A stretch of DNA of 64,000 bases from an uncultured bacterium (GCA_963843795.1 CAWJLW010000006.1:310001-374000); one strand, 5' to 3'; positions 1-11,240 are shown, numbered from the stretch's first letter. Notes: generated by a model not told the origin, from the letters alone. A program made the numbers and translations.

Positions 1-2012
1 CCGTTGGGGCTGATGAGCACAACGCGCAGATCGCCAACAAAAGTGTGCTGAATCTGTACGGAAACCGTAGCCGTAGCGGGCAAACTGCGCGCTTCACCGG
101 CGACCGCAAGCTCGGTCGTCACGCCATCGGTATTGAAGTCGGGAATCGCCAGATTGAGATTTTCTTTGCGCGCGCTTCCATACAAGCGACGGTAATCGAA
201 AGTCAGGCTTTCGACTTGACTGTCGTTGAGCGTGGTGGCGACCACTTTGGTCGTGCCACTGAGCGAAGCGCCATCAGCGGGAGTGACCAGCGTGGTTTTA
301 GGTGGATTGCCCAGCAAGGCCGCATAAGCGTTGACGCGGCCATAGCCGAAGAAATCGCTGTGACCGTTGCTATCGTATTTGCCTGTAGCCGGACTGATTT
401 TGTCGGCGCTATCTTCCAAACGCTGTTGCACTTGCACATTAGTCAAAGTCGGTTCGACCGACAAAATCAGCGCTGCTACACCAGCGGCCAATGGCGTCGC
501 CGAGGAAGTGCCACCGAATGTGTTGGTGTAATTCGCCGTCGCATTGTAACCCTTGTCGCCAGTGCGGTCGGTCGTGGTGATTGCCAGGTTGCCGCCGTTT
601 GAAGGTGCACAAATATCAACGGTCGATCCAAAATCTGAATAAGGAGCTTTGGTGTCGAAGTCGGTCGAAGCTGCCACGCTGATGACGCGGAAATAAGAAG
701 CCAAACCATCGAAATCAGAGTTTTCGTTGCCGTTACCCGCAGCGAATAAAATTACGCTCCCTTTGCCTGCGCGGCCACGCAGCGCCGCGTAATCGAGGCC
801 TGCTTTGATAGTGTCGGATATGGGCTGGGGAGTGTTAAAACCGTCGGGTGGGCCAAAACTGTCGGAAAGCACATCGGCGCCGTTATCAGTGGCAAAGCGA
901 AACGCATCGGACAGACTCGCATCGGAAATGAAACCTCCCAGCACTCGAATCGGCATAATCAAACAGTCGGGAGCCGAACCGCTCACGCCGATGCCGTTGT
1001 CGCCCTGCGCCGCTGCCACACCCGCGCACGCCGTGCCGTGATTGTCTTCATCTGTTCCCGGACTGGGATCGGTATCGTTATCAACGAAGTCATAGCCCGG
1101 AACAAGTTTGCCCGCGAAATCTTCGTGTGCCAGATCAACACCATCGTCCAAAATGGCGATGACAATGCTCGGATCACCTTTGGTGATGTCCCACGCCTTG
1201 AAAGCGCTGATGTCAGCACCCGGAGTGCCGCCTCCCTGACCGGTGTTATTTAAATGCCACTGTCGGGGCAATAGGGGATCGTTGAGTTCGGCTCGTGCTT
1301 TTAAGGAACCGCTTTGCGCTCTAACGCTTTTGGCGGCACTTTTGGCTGTTTTCGCCATCGCGCTGGCCGGAATCACGTCACGCTTTTGCCATTGGCGCAG
1401 AAAGTTGGGCTGCGCGAAAACTGCCGCACCCGATTCATATAAGCCGTTGGCTACGGCGATGGCCGAATACTTTTCTCCCACGCGCACCACATAACCGTTG
1501 GAAACCAAACCGCCCAACGGACGCACGATGCTGGCTCCGTAAGCGCCCAGCAATTGCTGAAGTTCGGTGCTTTGCACGCCCGTTTTGAAGCGCACATTAA
1601 TTTCGCCACTATCGACGACGGGCGCACTGCCTTGGCCGAAAGTGCGCACGGCTTTTTCGACGTTGGGCGAGCTTTCGAGACGCGCGCGCAGAGCGTTTTG
1701 CTGTGCATTGCTGGCGTTGGGATCGACCGGCACAAATAGAAAATGATTTGGTCCGTAACGCAACGTCCCGCGCGAACCGTCCAGCGCTTTTTCGCTGGTC
1801 AAACCGTTCAAAATCGCGGTTGAACTGTTGGGTTTTACCTGCACGCCAAGCCACGACGAACTACCCAAAGGCACGCGCTGACCATCGACCCAGTAATAAT
1901 TGTCGCCGCCCAGACGCGGAGCATTTTGTGCGTGGGCAGCTTGCACTCCCAAAGCACCGCCCAGCGCAAAGGCACCCAACGCTACACCCATCCACTTTTT
2001 ATTATTTTCCAT
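1..2012 (-). CDS. Secreted subtilisin-like S8 serine protease with proprotein-convertase P-domain (runs off left edge; not in the ORF track)
   Basis: Manual translation from ATG 2012 (AAGGA RBS): signal peptide MENNKKWMGVALGAFALGGALGVQAAHA-Q. Catalytic motifs VIAILDDG, DNHGTACAGVAAA and FGGTSSATP are in one frame (His and Ser frames checked); P-domain HTFVGDLRVVLISPNG at the edge. Confidence 0.9.
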   Translation of the reverse strand, partial: MENNKKWMGVALGAFALGGALGVQAAHAQNAPRLGGDNYYWVDGQRVPLGSSSWLGVQVKPNSSTAILNGLTSEKALDGSRGTLRYGPNHFLFVPVDPNASNAQQNALRARLESSPNVEKAVRTFGQGSAPVVDSGEINVRFKTGVQSTELQQLLGAYGASIVRPLGGLVSNGYVVRVGEKYSAIAVANGLYESGAAVFAQPNFLRQWQKRDVIPASAMAKTAKSAAKSVRAQSGSLKARAELNDPLLPRQWHLNNTGQGGGTPGADISAFKAWDITKGDPSIVIAILDDGVDLAHEDFAGKLVPGYDFVDNDTDPSPGTDEDNHGTACAGVAAAQGDNGIGVSGSAPDCLIMPIRVLGGFISDASLSDAFRFATDNGADVLSDSFGPPDGFNTPQPISDTIKAGLDYAALRGRAGKGSVILFAAGNGNENSDFDGLASYFRVISVAASTDFDTKAPYSDFGSTVDICAPSNGGNLAITTTDRTGDKGYNATANYTNTFGGTSSATPLAAGVAALILSVEPTLTNVQVQQRLEDSADKISPATGKYDSNGHSDFFGYGRVNAYAALLGNPPKTTLVTPADGASLSGTTKVVATTLNDSQVESLTFDYRRLYGSARKENLNLAIPDFNTDGVTTELAVAGEARSLPATATVSVQIQHTFVGDLRVVLISPN

Positions 2013-2384
2013 CTGAAATCCTTAGGCGCCGCCTAAACGTCGCAATTTAAACCCAAACTATCACTTAACTCAAAACACGACTGCATTGTTCAAAAAATTG
2101 TTCCGGTATCCCTACAATTTACAACCCGAAAAAGCCGCTTGTCAAATTATACTGCCTGGGGCTTTGGATGCCTTTTCATTCCGACTTTCGAGTATTCCCC
2201 GTTGAGCGCCAAACCTCACTTCGCCGAAACTTTATCAAGGTGTGGTGCGGCTTCCACGAAAAAATTACTGGTCCTGAAACCAAATTATGACACCGCTTCG
2301 CCCAGCACCGCTTTGACGATTATCGAAAGTTGTATCCCCGCGTTCGACCTTCCTGCAAGTACTTGCGGGGCAAAGTTCGCGATT

Positions 2385-3113
2385 TCAAGAAACGCTCTGG
2401 CAGGAAACGATGACGCGATAGGGCGAGTGAGGCAGCGTGCAAGTGATGAGGGTGAGCATAGCCGGGCCGTTGGGATCGGATTGTAGCACGCTGGTATCAA
2501 GCTCCGAAACCTGTCCGATTTGCAGCACTTGATAATCGAAACTTTCGTCGCGCGTTTGCAAGCGTATGATCGAACCGGGCATCAGACCTTCAATTTTATA
2601 AAACCACGAACCGGCGACGTTGCGATGACCGGCGATGACGCAGTTTCCCCGCCGTCCCGGCAGCGCGGTTTGCGGATAATGAATCGGCCCCCGCGCCAGA
2701 TCGGCTTCCGAAGTGCGCTGCACGACAACTGCATCCAAATCCATATCGGGCGAAACGATACGCGTTTTAGGCCATTCGGGTGTGGTAGGCGTAATTATCT
2801 GCGGCGCAGCCATTTCCACACCACTGGCCGCCTGACCCGCTTTGCTGGCGCTCGTCGGTTTTTTCAATGCTGGTTTGGCGCGTGCTTTCTCGGCGGACGT
2901 TTTCGCTGCTGGCGTGCCTGAATTTTTCGATTTCGGGTTTTGCGTGCTCGGCGTGTTTTGCCATTCGGCCATTAATTGACGTTGGCTCCACCGAGCGTAA
3001 GCCGATTGAGCGGCAGGCCACAGTGCGAGGGCAATACCCAGAACGGCGATTACAGATAAGGCGGCGCGCAGGCGTTGGCGCGAGGTTTGGGATAAAGAAG
3101 ATTGGGCGTTCAT
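2385..3113 (-). CDS. Sortase (class D/E-like)
   Basis: N-terminal TM anchor; IAGHRN (His), TLITC (Cys) and downstream Arg; likely start MNAQ at 3113. Confidence 0.9.
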   Translation of the reverse strand: MNAQSSLSQTSRQRLRAALSVIAVLGIALALWPAAQSAYARWSQRQLMAEWQNTPSTQNPKSKNSGTPAAKTSAEKARAKPALKKPTSASKAGQAASGVEMAAPQIITPTTPEWPKTRIVSPDMDLDAVVVQRTSEADLARGPIHYPQTALPGRRGNCVIAGHRNVAGSWFYKIEGLMPGSIIRLQTRDESFDYQVLQIGQVSELDTSVLQSDPNGPAMLTLITCTLPHSPYRVIVSCQSVS

Positions 3114-3203
3114 GAGAACGCAGTTTAATATGTGTGCCACCTAGCCGCTGTCGTAAGTCGCCTGCAAGTCCTTGCCGCAGATTTAGCGCGTTCATAAACG
3201 ACA

Positions 3204-3236
3204 CATCGCCCGCAGTCAATAAAACTGCGGGCGATG
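3204..3236. terminator. Stem-loop between sortase-substrate gene and sortase
   Basis: CATCGCCCGCAGT-7 nt loop-ACTGCGGGCGATG perfect 13-bp stem. Confidence 0.55.
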
Positions 3237-3255
3237 AAATTGCGTGTTTTTAAGT

Positions 3256-3654
3256 TTAGTTGGCGCTCAGCTTGCGACGCATCAACAGCGCGCTGCCAGC
3301 AACCAACGAACCCAATAGGGTGAAAACCAACGGCTCGCCACCGGTGTTGTCCAAAGGTGCAGAGTCGGTCACTGCGGTGGTGCCGTAACCCGGATCGCTT
3401 CCATAATCGACGGTTTGTGTGGTGGTGGTCGAAGTCGAATCAATGGTTCCTGCGGTACCGGCTCCGCCCATTGAGGATCCCCCACCCATGCTACGCGAAT
3501 CGGTGTATCCGCTGCCACCCATGCTGCTAGAGCCGCTCGAACCCATTGGCGCACCGCTCGCTGATGGCGAAGCCGATTGTGCCATTGCCATGCCCATCAA
3601 AGCTACTGTTGTGCCGACGCTCATCAGAGCGCTCAAACCTGTACGTCGTGTCAT
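3256..3654 (-). CDS. Small Ser/Gly/Thr-rich secreted protein with LPXTG-like sorting signal
   Basis: GAGGAGG RBS; signal peptide ending AMA-Q; C-terminus LDNTG + hydrophobic helix + MRRK tail. Confidence 0.8.
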   Translation of the reverse strand: MTRRTGLSALMSVGTTVALMGMAMAQSASPSASGAPMGSSGSSSMGGSGYTDSRSMGGGSSMGGAGTAGTIDSTSTTTTQTVDYGSDPGYGTTAVTDSAPLDNTGGEPLVFTLLGSLVAGSALLMRRKLSAN

Positions 3655-3919
3655 GTTTTCCTCCTCGAAAGTGGCCTTTATTTTGGCAGAAAACCCCGCG
3701 CCATGCCAAGCCCTTTCGCCCTAAATTCTCTTGGATTGCTTTCAACCGTGCGTGTGGTTGTACGCTGCATCATGCCCATCATACCATTTTAGAGAGCACG
3801 GCGTCAATCATTTCAGTGTTGTTCTTTTGAAATCACACGCGTGTCCAACCTGTCACACTGCGTTTTTCGGGCCAGAAATTTTACCTGCCCGCAAATTTTT
3901 TATAAAGTCCCACATTTTT

Positions 3920-4930
3920 ATGGTCGCCGCATCTTCCTCGCGCCGCTGGCTTTTGCTCTGCTGCGCGCTTTTCATCATCATTGTTCTCGCGCTCACTGTC
4001 GGCGCGCCGATTCCGTTGCACGATTTATGGTCGTCAAACCCTGACGCACGTGCCATCGCTCAGCGCATTTTTATTACCATCCGCCCACCGCGCGTCATCG
4101 CCGCCTTATTAGTCGGCGCCAATCTCGCGGTTTCCGGCTCCGCGCTCCAAGCCGCTTTTCGCAATCCCTTGGCCGAGCCGTATTTGCTGGGCACGTCGGC
4201 TGGCGGCGCATTGGGCGCGGCCATCGCGCTGTGGTTACAACCGTCGACATGGCCCATTCTTGGACAGGTCGGAATGGTTTCACTGTTTGCATTCATGGGC
4301 GCTCTGGGCGCATCGCTGCTAATTTCGCAATTGGGGCGCGGACGACGCGCCAATGGTGCGCCGCAATTCGACCGCGCCTCGTTACTGCTGTGCGGAGTTG
4401 CGGTGTCGTCACTTTTGGGTGCGCTAATGTCGCTGATTATTGTGTTGTCGCCGCGCATCGAATTGGCGCAGCAAGTCGCGTTCTGGCTTCTGGGCGGACT
4501 CAGCGGAGTGACGCCCGCACATAACTGGCTGCTTTTGCTGGCGTTGTGTGGTGGTTTGTGGATTTTACTGGGCAGCGCGCGCGATTTGAACGCGGCGCGT
4601 TTGGGCGATGAAGAGATGAGCGCGCTGGGTGTCGATGCCAAACGTTTGCATCGCCGACTTCTCATCGCTGCAGCCTTAATGAGTGCGGTCGCCGTCGCCG
4701 CTGCGGGCCTGATTGGTTTCGTGGGTTTGTTGGCACCGCACGCGATGCGCTTGCTGGTGGGCGCGCATCCGCGCGCGGCGATTCCCGGCGCAGCGATTGG
4801 CGGCGCGGTTTTACTGTGCGCGTGCGATACTCTGGCGCATTCAGTCGTGTCCGCGCAGGAAATTCCCGTTGGCATTTTCACGGCGTTGCTGGGTGTGCCA
4901 TTATTTTTGTGGTTGCTGCGCCAATCGTAA
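3920..4930 (+). CDS. FecCD/BtuC-family iron-siderophore/cobalamin ABC permease
   Basis: IRPPRVIAALLVGANLAVSGSALQAAFRNPLAEPYLLG, GLIGFVGLLAPH, EIPVGIFTALLG. Confidence 0.9.
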   Translation: MVAASSSRRWLLLCCALFIIIVLALTVGAPIPLHDLWSSNPDARAIAQRIFITIRPPRVIAALLVGANLAVSGSALQAAFRNPLAEPYLLGTSAGGALGAAIALWLQPSTWPILGQVGMVSLFAFMGALGASLLISQLGRGRRANGAPQFDRASLLLCGVAVSSLLGALMSLIIVLSPRIELAQQVAFWLLGGLSGVTPAHNWLLLLALCGGLWILLGSARDLNAARLGDEEMSALGVDAKRLHRRLLIAAALMSAVAVAAAGLIGFVGLLAPHAMRLLVGAHPRAAIPGAAIGGAVLLCACDTLAHSVVSAQEIPVGIFTALLGVPLFLWLLRQS

Positions 4931-4970
4931 CTCGTAACTGCACTGCAAGTACTTGCAGTGCACATTTCTC

Positions 4971-5807
4971 ATGCTTCATCTCGATTCTCTGGTCATCGCC
5001 TACGATGCCGCTCCCGTTTTAAATAACGTTTCCTTGCGCGCCCAACGTGGCCAAATCACGGCGATTATCGGCCCCAACGGTTGCGGAAAATCCACTCTTT
5101 TGCGCTGTGCGGCCGGTTTACTCAAACCCCAACAAGGTCGCGTGGCTTGGAATGAACAGGATATTTTCGCGCTCGATGCGCGCCAACGCGCGCGGCACAT
5201 CGCGTTTCTGCCGCAAATTTCGAGTGCGGTCAATCTAACGGCGCGCGACATGGTCGCCTTGGGACGTACGCCCCATCTGGGCGATTTCGGCACGTTGGGC
5301 GAGCGCGATTGGCAAATCGTCGAACAATCTTTAAATCGCGTGGGCGCGACCGATTTGGCCGCTCGTGCGGTCGATGAACTTTCGGGCGGACAGCGTCAGC
5401 GCGTTCTCATCGCCCGCGCTCTGGCGCAACAAACGCCAGTGCTTTTGTTGGATGAACCGATTTCTAACCTCGATTTGCGTTATCAATTTGAAATTTTGAA
5501 ATTAGTGCGCGAATTAGCCGGTGCAAGTACTTGCACCGAGGAAAATGCCAATCCGTGCATTATCATCGTGCTGCATCATATTAATTTGGCTTCGAGCGTG
5601 GCCGATGCGATGCTGTTGCTGGATGAGCAGGGCGCAATCATCGCGTACGGTGCGCCCGAAATCGTGATGACGGGCGAAAATTTAAAGCGCGCTTTCGGCG
5701 TGCCGTTAGCAATCGCGCCGCATCCGCTAAGTGGACGTCCGCAGGCACAGGCGATGTGGAGCTTTGAAAACAACGATAAAAACGGAATCGACGCGCCTTC
5801 GTTATAA
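4971..5807 (+). CDS. FepC/BtuD-family ABC ATP-binding protein
   Basis: Walker A GPNGCGKST, LSGGQRQR, LLLDEP. Confidence 0.9.
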   Translation: MLHLDSLVIAYDAAPVLNNVSLRAQRGQITAIIGPNGCGKSTLLRCAAGLLKPQQGRVAWNEQDIFALDARQRARHIAFLPQISSAVNLTARDMVALGRTPHLGDFGTLGERDWQIVEQSLNRVGATDLAARAVDELSGGQRQRVLIARALAQQTPVLLLDEPISNLDLRYQFEILKLVRELAGASTCTEENANPCIIIVLHHINLASSVADAMLLLDEQGAIIAYGAPEIVMTGENLKRAFGVPLAIAPHPLSGRPQAQAMWSFENNDKNGIDAPSL

Positions 5808-5815
5808 TTTGCCCT

Positions 5816-6790
5816 GTGCTTTCCCAAAAATTTCGTCATTTTCGCTTTCTTTTGCCCGCCACAATTATCGCATTGAACGGCTGCGGCAGTGCGCCACAAT
5901 CTACCCCGGCTAACTCCCACGCAACTGTCAGCAGTCCAACTGGCAGCAGTCCAACGATAACAACGGGCCAGGTCGCAATGCCGCGCGACGATTTAGGTCG
6001 TGAAATCAAACTTTCGACACCGGCTCAGCGTGTGGCGATTATCGGCCCGGGCGCGATTGAAAGCGTGTATGAAATTGGCGCGGGCGCGCACGTCATTGGC
6101 CGCGATGCCTACGCCGATACGCCTCCGCCGGTGAAAAACGCCACTGTCATGGGCGATTTCAATGGGCCATCGGTGGAAAAAACCATCGCGCTGCATCCCG
6201 ATTTGGTCATCGTGCAGGGCGAAACTTACGACCGCGAGCGCATCGACAAATGGCAACACCAAATCGGTGCGCCAGTCGCGCAACTCTCGGCGACAACGCT
6301 TAAAGGCGTGGCTGATGATATTCGGAAAATCGGCGCGTGGTTGGGCAAACCTCAGGATGCCGAAGATGCGGCTCTGCGTTTGGCGGGCACGCCGCGACCG
6401 ATTGTCGTCGAAGCCAACGCGCCGGTCGCGTTTTTTGAAGTTGGTCGCGCGCAGCTTTACACGGCAGGCGATAACACGATGATTGGCGAAATTTTGCAAG
6501 CAGCCAACTTAAAAAACGTGGCCGCTGATCTCAAAGGTTACAAATCTTTCAACGGTGAAACTTTGCTGGCCAAGCAGCCCGATGTTTATATCGTGACAAC
6601 CGATAAGCCCGACAGCGGGCAAATTTTGCGAGACTTGAAAGCGCATCCCCTTTTGAAAAATTTGCGCTGCGTGCAAAACGGCCATGTCGTGGTATTGAAC
6701 GGCGATGAAGCGCTGCGACCCGGACCGCGTTTGCGCGACGCCATCGAACAATTGAAAAGCGATTGCCAGAAAATGAAATTGTATCGCTGA
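5816..6790 (+). CDS. BtuF-like helical-backbone substrate-binding lipoprotein
   Basis: Lipobox-like LNGC; DDLGREI, PSVEKTIALHPDLV, RPGPRL motifs; follows permease and ATPase. Confidence 0.85.
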   Translation: MLSQKFRHFRFLLPATIIALNGCGSAPQSTPANSHATVSSPTGSSPTITTGQVAMPRDDLGREIKLSTPAQRVAIIGPGAIESVYEIGAGAHVIGRDAYADTPPPVKNATVMGDFNGPSVEKTIALHPDLVIVQGETYDRERIDKWQHQIGAPVAQLSATTLKGVADDIRKIGAWLGKPQDAEDAALRLAGTPRPIVVEANAPVAFFEVGRAQLYTAGDNTMIGEILQAANLKNVAADLKGYKSFNGETLLAKQPDVYIVTTDKPDSGQILRDLKAHPLLKNLRCVQNGHVVVLNGDEALRPGPRLRDAIEQLKSDCQKMKLYR

Positions 6791-6845
6791 AACGCCGCTG
6801 CAAGTACTTGCAGCAATGGCGTTTCAGTTGTGTGGAGAAAATAAT

Positions 6846-8720
6846 ATGTGTGGAATTGTCGGATATATCGGAGAAAAACCCGCGATTGCGATTTTGGAAA
6901 ACGGTCTCAAGCGTTTGGAATATCGTGGTTACGATTCAGCGGGCGTTGCAGTTTTAAACGGTCACGGGATTCAAATGTGCCGCACGTTGGGCAAACTCAA
7001 AGCTTTGTCCGATGCGCTGCAAGAACAGCCTTTAGAAGGACATTTGGGCATTGGTCACACACGTTGGGCTACACACGGCGAACCCAGCGAAATTAACTCG
7101 CATCCTCACCGCGATGCGCAAAGCCGCGTTTACGTGTGTCACAACGGCATCATTGAAAACTATGCCGATTTGCGCCGCGAATTGGAAGCCGAAGGTGTCG
7201 GATTTCGCTCGCAAACCGATAGCGAAGTCGTACCGAACTTAATCGCGCGCGCCTACGATGCACTTTCCGAAATCGAAGGTGAAGAACGTTTCGCTCAAGC
7301 TGTGCGCGAAGGTTGCGCCCGTCTGCGTGGTGCTTATGCGCTGGCCGTGATGCACGAAGATTGGCCGGAAACTCTGATTGCGGTGCGCCACAAATCGCCG
7401 CTCGTCATCGGTTTGGGCGAAAACGAAAATGTCTGTGCCAGCGATATTCCCGCGCTGTTGAATATCACGCGTCGTGTGGTGTTTTTGGATGATGGCGAAA
7501 TGGCAATTTTGAAGCGCGACCATTATCAAGTCTGCGATTTGGATGATGGCAAGAAGCGCAGCAAAGCCGTCGAACGCATTGATTGGGACGAAGGTCAGGC
7601 CGAAAAGGGCAACTACGCTCACTTCATGCTCAAAGAAATCAACGAACAGCCCGAAGTGATGAACCGCTTGTTGGCGCGTTACACCAATCCCGAACGCACG
7701 CACATCACGCTGGATGGCATCAACCTTGAACCCAAAGAATTGCTTGGTTTGCGCCGCATTTTTATTCAGGCGTGCGGCACGAGTTGGCATTCCGGTTTGA
7801 TCGGCAAGTACTTGCTGGAGCGTTTGCCCAACATCGCAGTTGACGTCGATACCAGCAGCGAATTTCGCTATCGTGGCGCGATTTTAGCGCCCGATACGCT
7901 AGTCATTGCAATTTCGCAAAGCGGGGAAACCGAAGATACCAAGGCCGGAATTGAAGAAGCCAAAAGTCGCGGTTTGAAAGTGCTGTCGATTGTGAACGTG
8001 CCTGGCAGCGCCATCACGCGCATGAGCGACGGTACGATTTATACCAACGCCGGGCCAGAAATTTCAGTTGCTTCGACCAAAGCCTACACTGCCCAGATCG
8101 GCGCGCTATATTTGCTTTCTCTGTATTTAGGCGAATTGCACGGTTTGATCGACGAAGATCGGATGCAGCGCCGTCTGGCAAAATTGACCCAAACGGCCGA
8201 ATTGATGGAGCAAATGCTGCAACCCGAATCGAAAACATATCAGGCCGTGCAGGAAGTCGCTGCTGCAATCAAAGATTCGCAGCACGCTTTATTCATCGGT
8301 CGCGGTTTCGGTTATCCATCGGCACTGGAAGGCGCTCTCAAATTGAAAGAAATTTCCTATATTCACGCCGAAGGCTACCCGGCTGGCGAACTCAAACATG
8401 GTCCGTTGGCCTTGATTGATAAGAAAGAGCGCACTCCAGTTCTCGCGATTGCGACCAGCGGCATTGTCTATGAGAAGATGATTTCCAATATGCAGGAAGT
8501 GCGCACGCGTGGTGGTCGCGTCATCGCAGTCGCGGGCGAAAGCAACCGGGAAGTCGCCGAACACGCCGATCACGTCATCCCGATTCCCGAACTTACCGAA
8601 AGTTTCGCCCCGTTTCTCACTGCCGTGCCGCTGCAACTGCTGGCGTATTATATTGCTTTGGCGCGTGGCAACGAAGTCGATCAACCACGCAATTTGGCCA
8701 AAAGTGTCACGGTCGAATAA
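6846..8720 (+). CDS. glmS: Glutamine-fructose-6-phosphate transaminase
   Basis: MCGIVG start, LEYRGYDSAG, GHTRWATHG, SQSGET, PRNLAKSVTVE. Confidence 0.98.
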   Translation: MCGIVGYIGEKPAIAILENGLKRLEYRGYDSAGVAVLNGHGIQMCRTLGKLKALSDALQEQPLEGHLGIGHTRWATHGEPSEINSHPHRDAQSRVYVCHNGIIENYADLRRELEAEGVGFRSQTDSEVVPNLIARAYDALSEIEGEERFAQAVREGCARLRGAYALAVMHEDWPETLIAVRHKSPLVIGLGENENVCASDIPALLNITRRVVFLDDGEMAILKRDHYQVCDLDDGKKRSKAVERIDWDEGQAEKGNYAHFMLKEINEQPEVMNRLLARYTNPERTHITLDGINLEPKELLGLRRIFIQACGTSWHSGLIGKYLLERLPNIAVDVDTSSEFRYRGAILAPDTLVIAISQSGETEDTKAGIEEAKSRGLKVLSIVNVPGSAITRMSDGTIYTNAGPEISVASTKAYTAQIGALYLLSLYLGELHGLIDEDRMQRRLAKLTQTAELMEQMLQPESKTYQAVQEVAAAIKDSQHALFIGRGFGYPSALEGALKLKEISYIHAEGYPAGELKHGPLALIDKKERTPVLAIATSGIVYEKMISNMQEVRTRGGRVIAVAGESNREVAEHADHVIPIPELTESFAPFLTAVPLQLLAYYIALARGNEVDQPRNLAKSVTVE

Positions 8721-8739
8721 ACCTTTGCCCAAATGTCAA

Positions 8740-8773
8740 AAAAGCGCGCTGCAAGTACTTGCAGCGCGCTTTT
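8740..8773. terminator. Bidirectional terminator-like perfect palindrome with GCAAGTACTTGC core
   Basis: AAAAGCGCGCT-core-AGCGCGCTTTT between convergent glmS and lon stops. Confidence 0.75.
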
Positions 8774-8774
8774 C

Positions 8775-11240
8775 TTAATGATTTGCGATGGCGGGATCGT
8801 TGGTCTCGGCGTCTTGTTCCATCGGTGTCGCCGCGCGGGTTTTGCGAATCGGGCGCGCGCCTTTTTTGGGCGCGCCGTTGGTGGCTTTGCCGCGCGATTT
8901 GGGCAGTAAGACCAGTTCGACGGCTTGCTTGATATCGTTGACGAATTCGAAAGTCAGTTCGCCGCGCGTGGCTTCGGGAATTTCGCGCAAATCGGTGCGA
9001 TTGCGCTCGGGAAGCACTATCGTCGTGATGCCCGATTGACGCGCGGCGAGAACTTTTTCTTTCACGCCGCCAACCGGCAAAACGCGACCTGTCAGCGTCA
9101 CCTCGCCGGTCATCGCGATGTCGTGGCGCGCCGGTCGACCGGTAAGTAGTGAAGCCAAAGCCGAGGCCATCGCGACGCCCGCTGAAGGGCCATCTTTGGG
9201 AATTGCGCCAGCAGGAACGTGAACGTGAATCGCACTGCCGTCCAAAGCGCTTTTGGGAATGCCGAAGTCGCTGGCATTGGCGCGTAGATAATCTAAGGCG
9301 ATTTGCGCCGATTCTTTCATCACGTCACCGAGTTGACCGGTGAGGACAAGCCCACCTTTGTGCGGCAGTTTTGTGGTTTCGATAAACAAAATTTCGCCAC
9401 CTAAGGAAGTCCACGCCATGCCGGTCGACACGCCGATTTGCGCTTCGCGTCCGCCCATTTCGGGAATGTATCGGCGCGGGCCAAGAAATTCCTCCAGCAC
9501 TTCTTCGGTCACTTCAAAGGTATCGCGCTTGCCTTCGATTTGTCCGTGTTCAGCGATATGACGCGCGATTTTGCGGCACACGCTGCCCAGTTCGCGTTCC
9601 AATCCGCGCACGCCCGCTTCGCGCGTGTAACCTAACGTAAGCTCGCACAAAACGTCTTGTGGAAGATTGATATCGCCTTCGCGCAACCCGTTTTCTTCCA
9701 TCTGGCGTGGCAGCAAATGTTCGCGTGCGATAAAGACTTTTTCTTCCAATGTGTAGCCAGCGATGCGCAGAATTTCCATGCGGTCACGTAGCGGAGCCGG
9801 AATTGTATCGAGTACGTTTGCGGTCGTGATGAACATCACGTTGCTCAAATCGACCGGCACTTCGAGATAATGGTCTTTGAAACTGTTGTTTTGCTGTGGG
9901 TCAAGTACTTCCAGCAACGCTGAAGTGGGATCGCCGCGATAATCACTGCCCAATTTATCGACTTCGTCCAAAATCATCACCGGATTGTTGGTGCCCGCGT
10001 CGCGCAAACCTTGCACAATACGACCTGGTAACGCGCCGATGTAAGTGCGGCGATGGCCGCGAATTTCGGCTTCATCGCGCACGCCGCCCAGGGCCATGCG
10101 GACGAATTTGCGGCCTAACGCATTGGCGATTGAATGCGCGAGGCTGGTCTTACCCACACCGGGTGGGCCAACGAAACACAAAATTGGGCCTTTGGAATCT
10201 GGCTTCAATTGTCGCACCGCAAGATATTCCAGAATGCGCTCTTTCACATCATTGAGGCCATAATGTTCTTCATCCAAAACTTTGCGCGCGTGCGCTACGT
10301 TCAAGTTATCGGACGTCGAGGTCGTCCACGGCATCGCGATGAGATAATCGAGATAGTTGCGCACCACGCCATATTCCGCCGCGCCCTGGGGCATACGCGC
10401 TAAACGGTCGAGTTCGCGATTAGCGGCTTTGAGCGCATCTTCGGTCATGCCCGCCTGGTCGATTTGTTCGCGCAGTTCGTCGATTTCCTGCTGCTGATCG
10501 TCGCCTTCGCCCAATTGTTTTTGAATTTCGCGCAACTGCTGGCGCAGCAGAAATTCCCGCTGCGATTTATCCAGCTCGCGCCGCGTTTCGCTTTGAATTT
10601 GGTCGGTCAATTCCAAAACCTGTACTTCGCTTGAAGCCAGAGCCGAAACCCGCTCCAGACGTTTTTGCACGTTCAATTCGTCTAGCAAACTTTGTCGCAC
10701 GTCAGGTTCGATATTCAATGTCGAGGCCACGAAATCGGCCAGTTTTCCCGGCTCGTTTTGCTGCTGCGCAGCGGCAAAAGCGTCTTCGGGCAAGACTGGC
10801 GATAGTTCGACAATGCGATTGAAAGTGCCCAGCAAATTGTTCATCAAGGCTTGCGCCGTCGTGTTGCGCTCGGTACTATCGGTGATGGGTTCGATGCGGG
10901 CGCGCAGAATATTATCGGTGTTGGTGAAATCTTTTAAATGTACGCGCGACAAGCCCTGCACGATGATTTGCGCTGTACCATCGGCGGCGCGCATCATGCG
11001 CATCACAGCCGCCGCGCAGCCAATCGGATGCAATTGTTCGGCTGTCGGGTGTTCAATTTCACTATCGGTTTGCAATGTAATGGCGATTAAACGGTCGCCA
11101 TTGAGAGCGGCGTCCAGCGCGCGCAAAGAGGCTTCACGTCCGACAGTAATCGGCGCGAGCATAAACGGGAACAAAACTAAATTCGTCGTGGCCACGACCG
11201 GCAAGGTTTCCGGCAGCGGCGGCATTTCATTGGAAGCCAA
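8775..11240 (-). CDS. lon: ATP-dependent Lon protease
   Basis: [40 protein letters not shown]; probable TTG start at 11240 after GAGGTGG. Confidence 0.97.
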   Translation of the reverse strand: MASNEMPPLPETLPVVATTNLVLFPFMLAPITVGREASLRALDAALNGDRLIAITLQTDSEIEHPTAEQLHPIGCAAAVMRMMRAADGTAQIIVQGLSRVHLKDFTNTDNILRARIEPITDSTERNTTAQALMNNLLGTFNRIVELSPVLPEDAFAAAQQQNEPGKLADFVASTLNIEPDVRQSLLDELNVQKRLERVSALASSEVQVLELTDQIQSETRRELDKSQREFLLRQQLREIQKQLGEGDDQQQEIDELREQIDQAGMTEDALKAANRELDRLARMPQGAAEYGVVRNYLDYLIAMPWTTSTSDNLNVAHARKVLDEEHYGLNDVKERILEYLAVRQLKPDSKGPILCFVGPPGVGKTSLAHSIANALGRKFVRMALGGVRDEAEIRGHRRTYIGALPGRIVQGLRDAGTNNPVMILDEVDKLGSDYRGDPTSALLEVLDPQQNNSFKDHYLEVPVDLSNVMFITTANVLDTIPAPLRDRMEILRIAGYTLEEKVFIAREHLLPRQMEENGLREGDINLPQDVLCELTLGYTREAGVRGLERELGSVCRKIARHIAEHGQIEGKRDTFEVTEEVLEEFLGPRRYIPEMGGREAQIGVSTGMAWTSLGGEILFIETTKLPHKGGLVLTGQLGDVMKESAQIALDYLRANASDFGIPKSALDGSAIHVHVPAGAIPKDGPSAGVAMASALASLLTGRPARHDIAMTGEVTLTGRVLPVGGVKEKVLAARQSGITTIVLPERNRTDLREIPEATRGELTFEFVNDIKQAVELVLLPKSRGKATNGAPKKGARPIRKTRAATPMEQDAETNDPAIANH

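Noticed and set aside
45..2050. Short ORFs listed in the first 2 kb
   Set aside because: All overlap the minus-strand S8 protease, which the ORF track missed because it has no stop in the window
3730..3920. Cobalamin riboswitch upstream of the BtuCDF-like operon
   Set aside because: Only a faint GCCAG..ACCTGCC resemblance; no recognisable B12-box or core motifs. An Infernal search would be needed
6790..6846. glmS ribozyme
   Set aside because: Intergenic gap is only ~55 bp and is occupied by the palindrome
9901..9912. TCAAGTACTTCC in lon as a palindrome copy
   Set aside because: Two mismatches, and explained by the conserved LLEVLD motif; not counted
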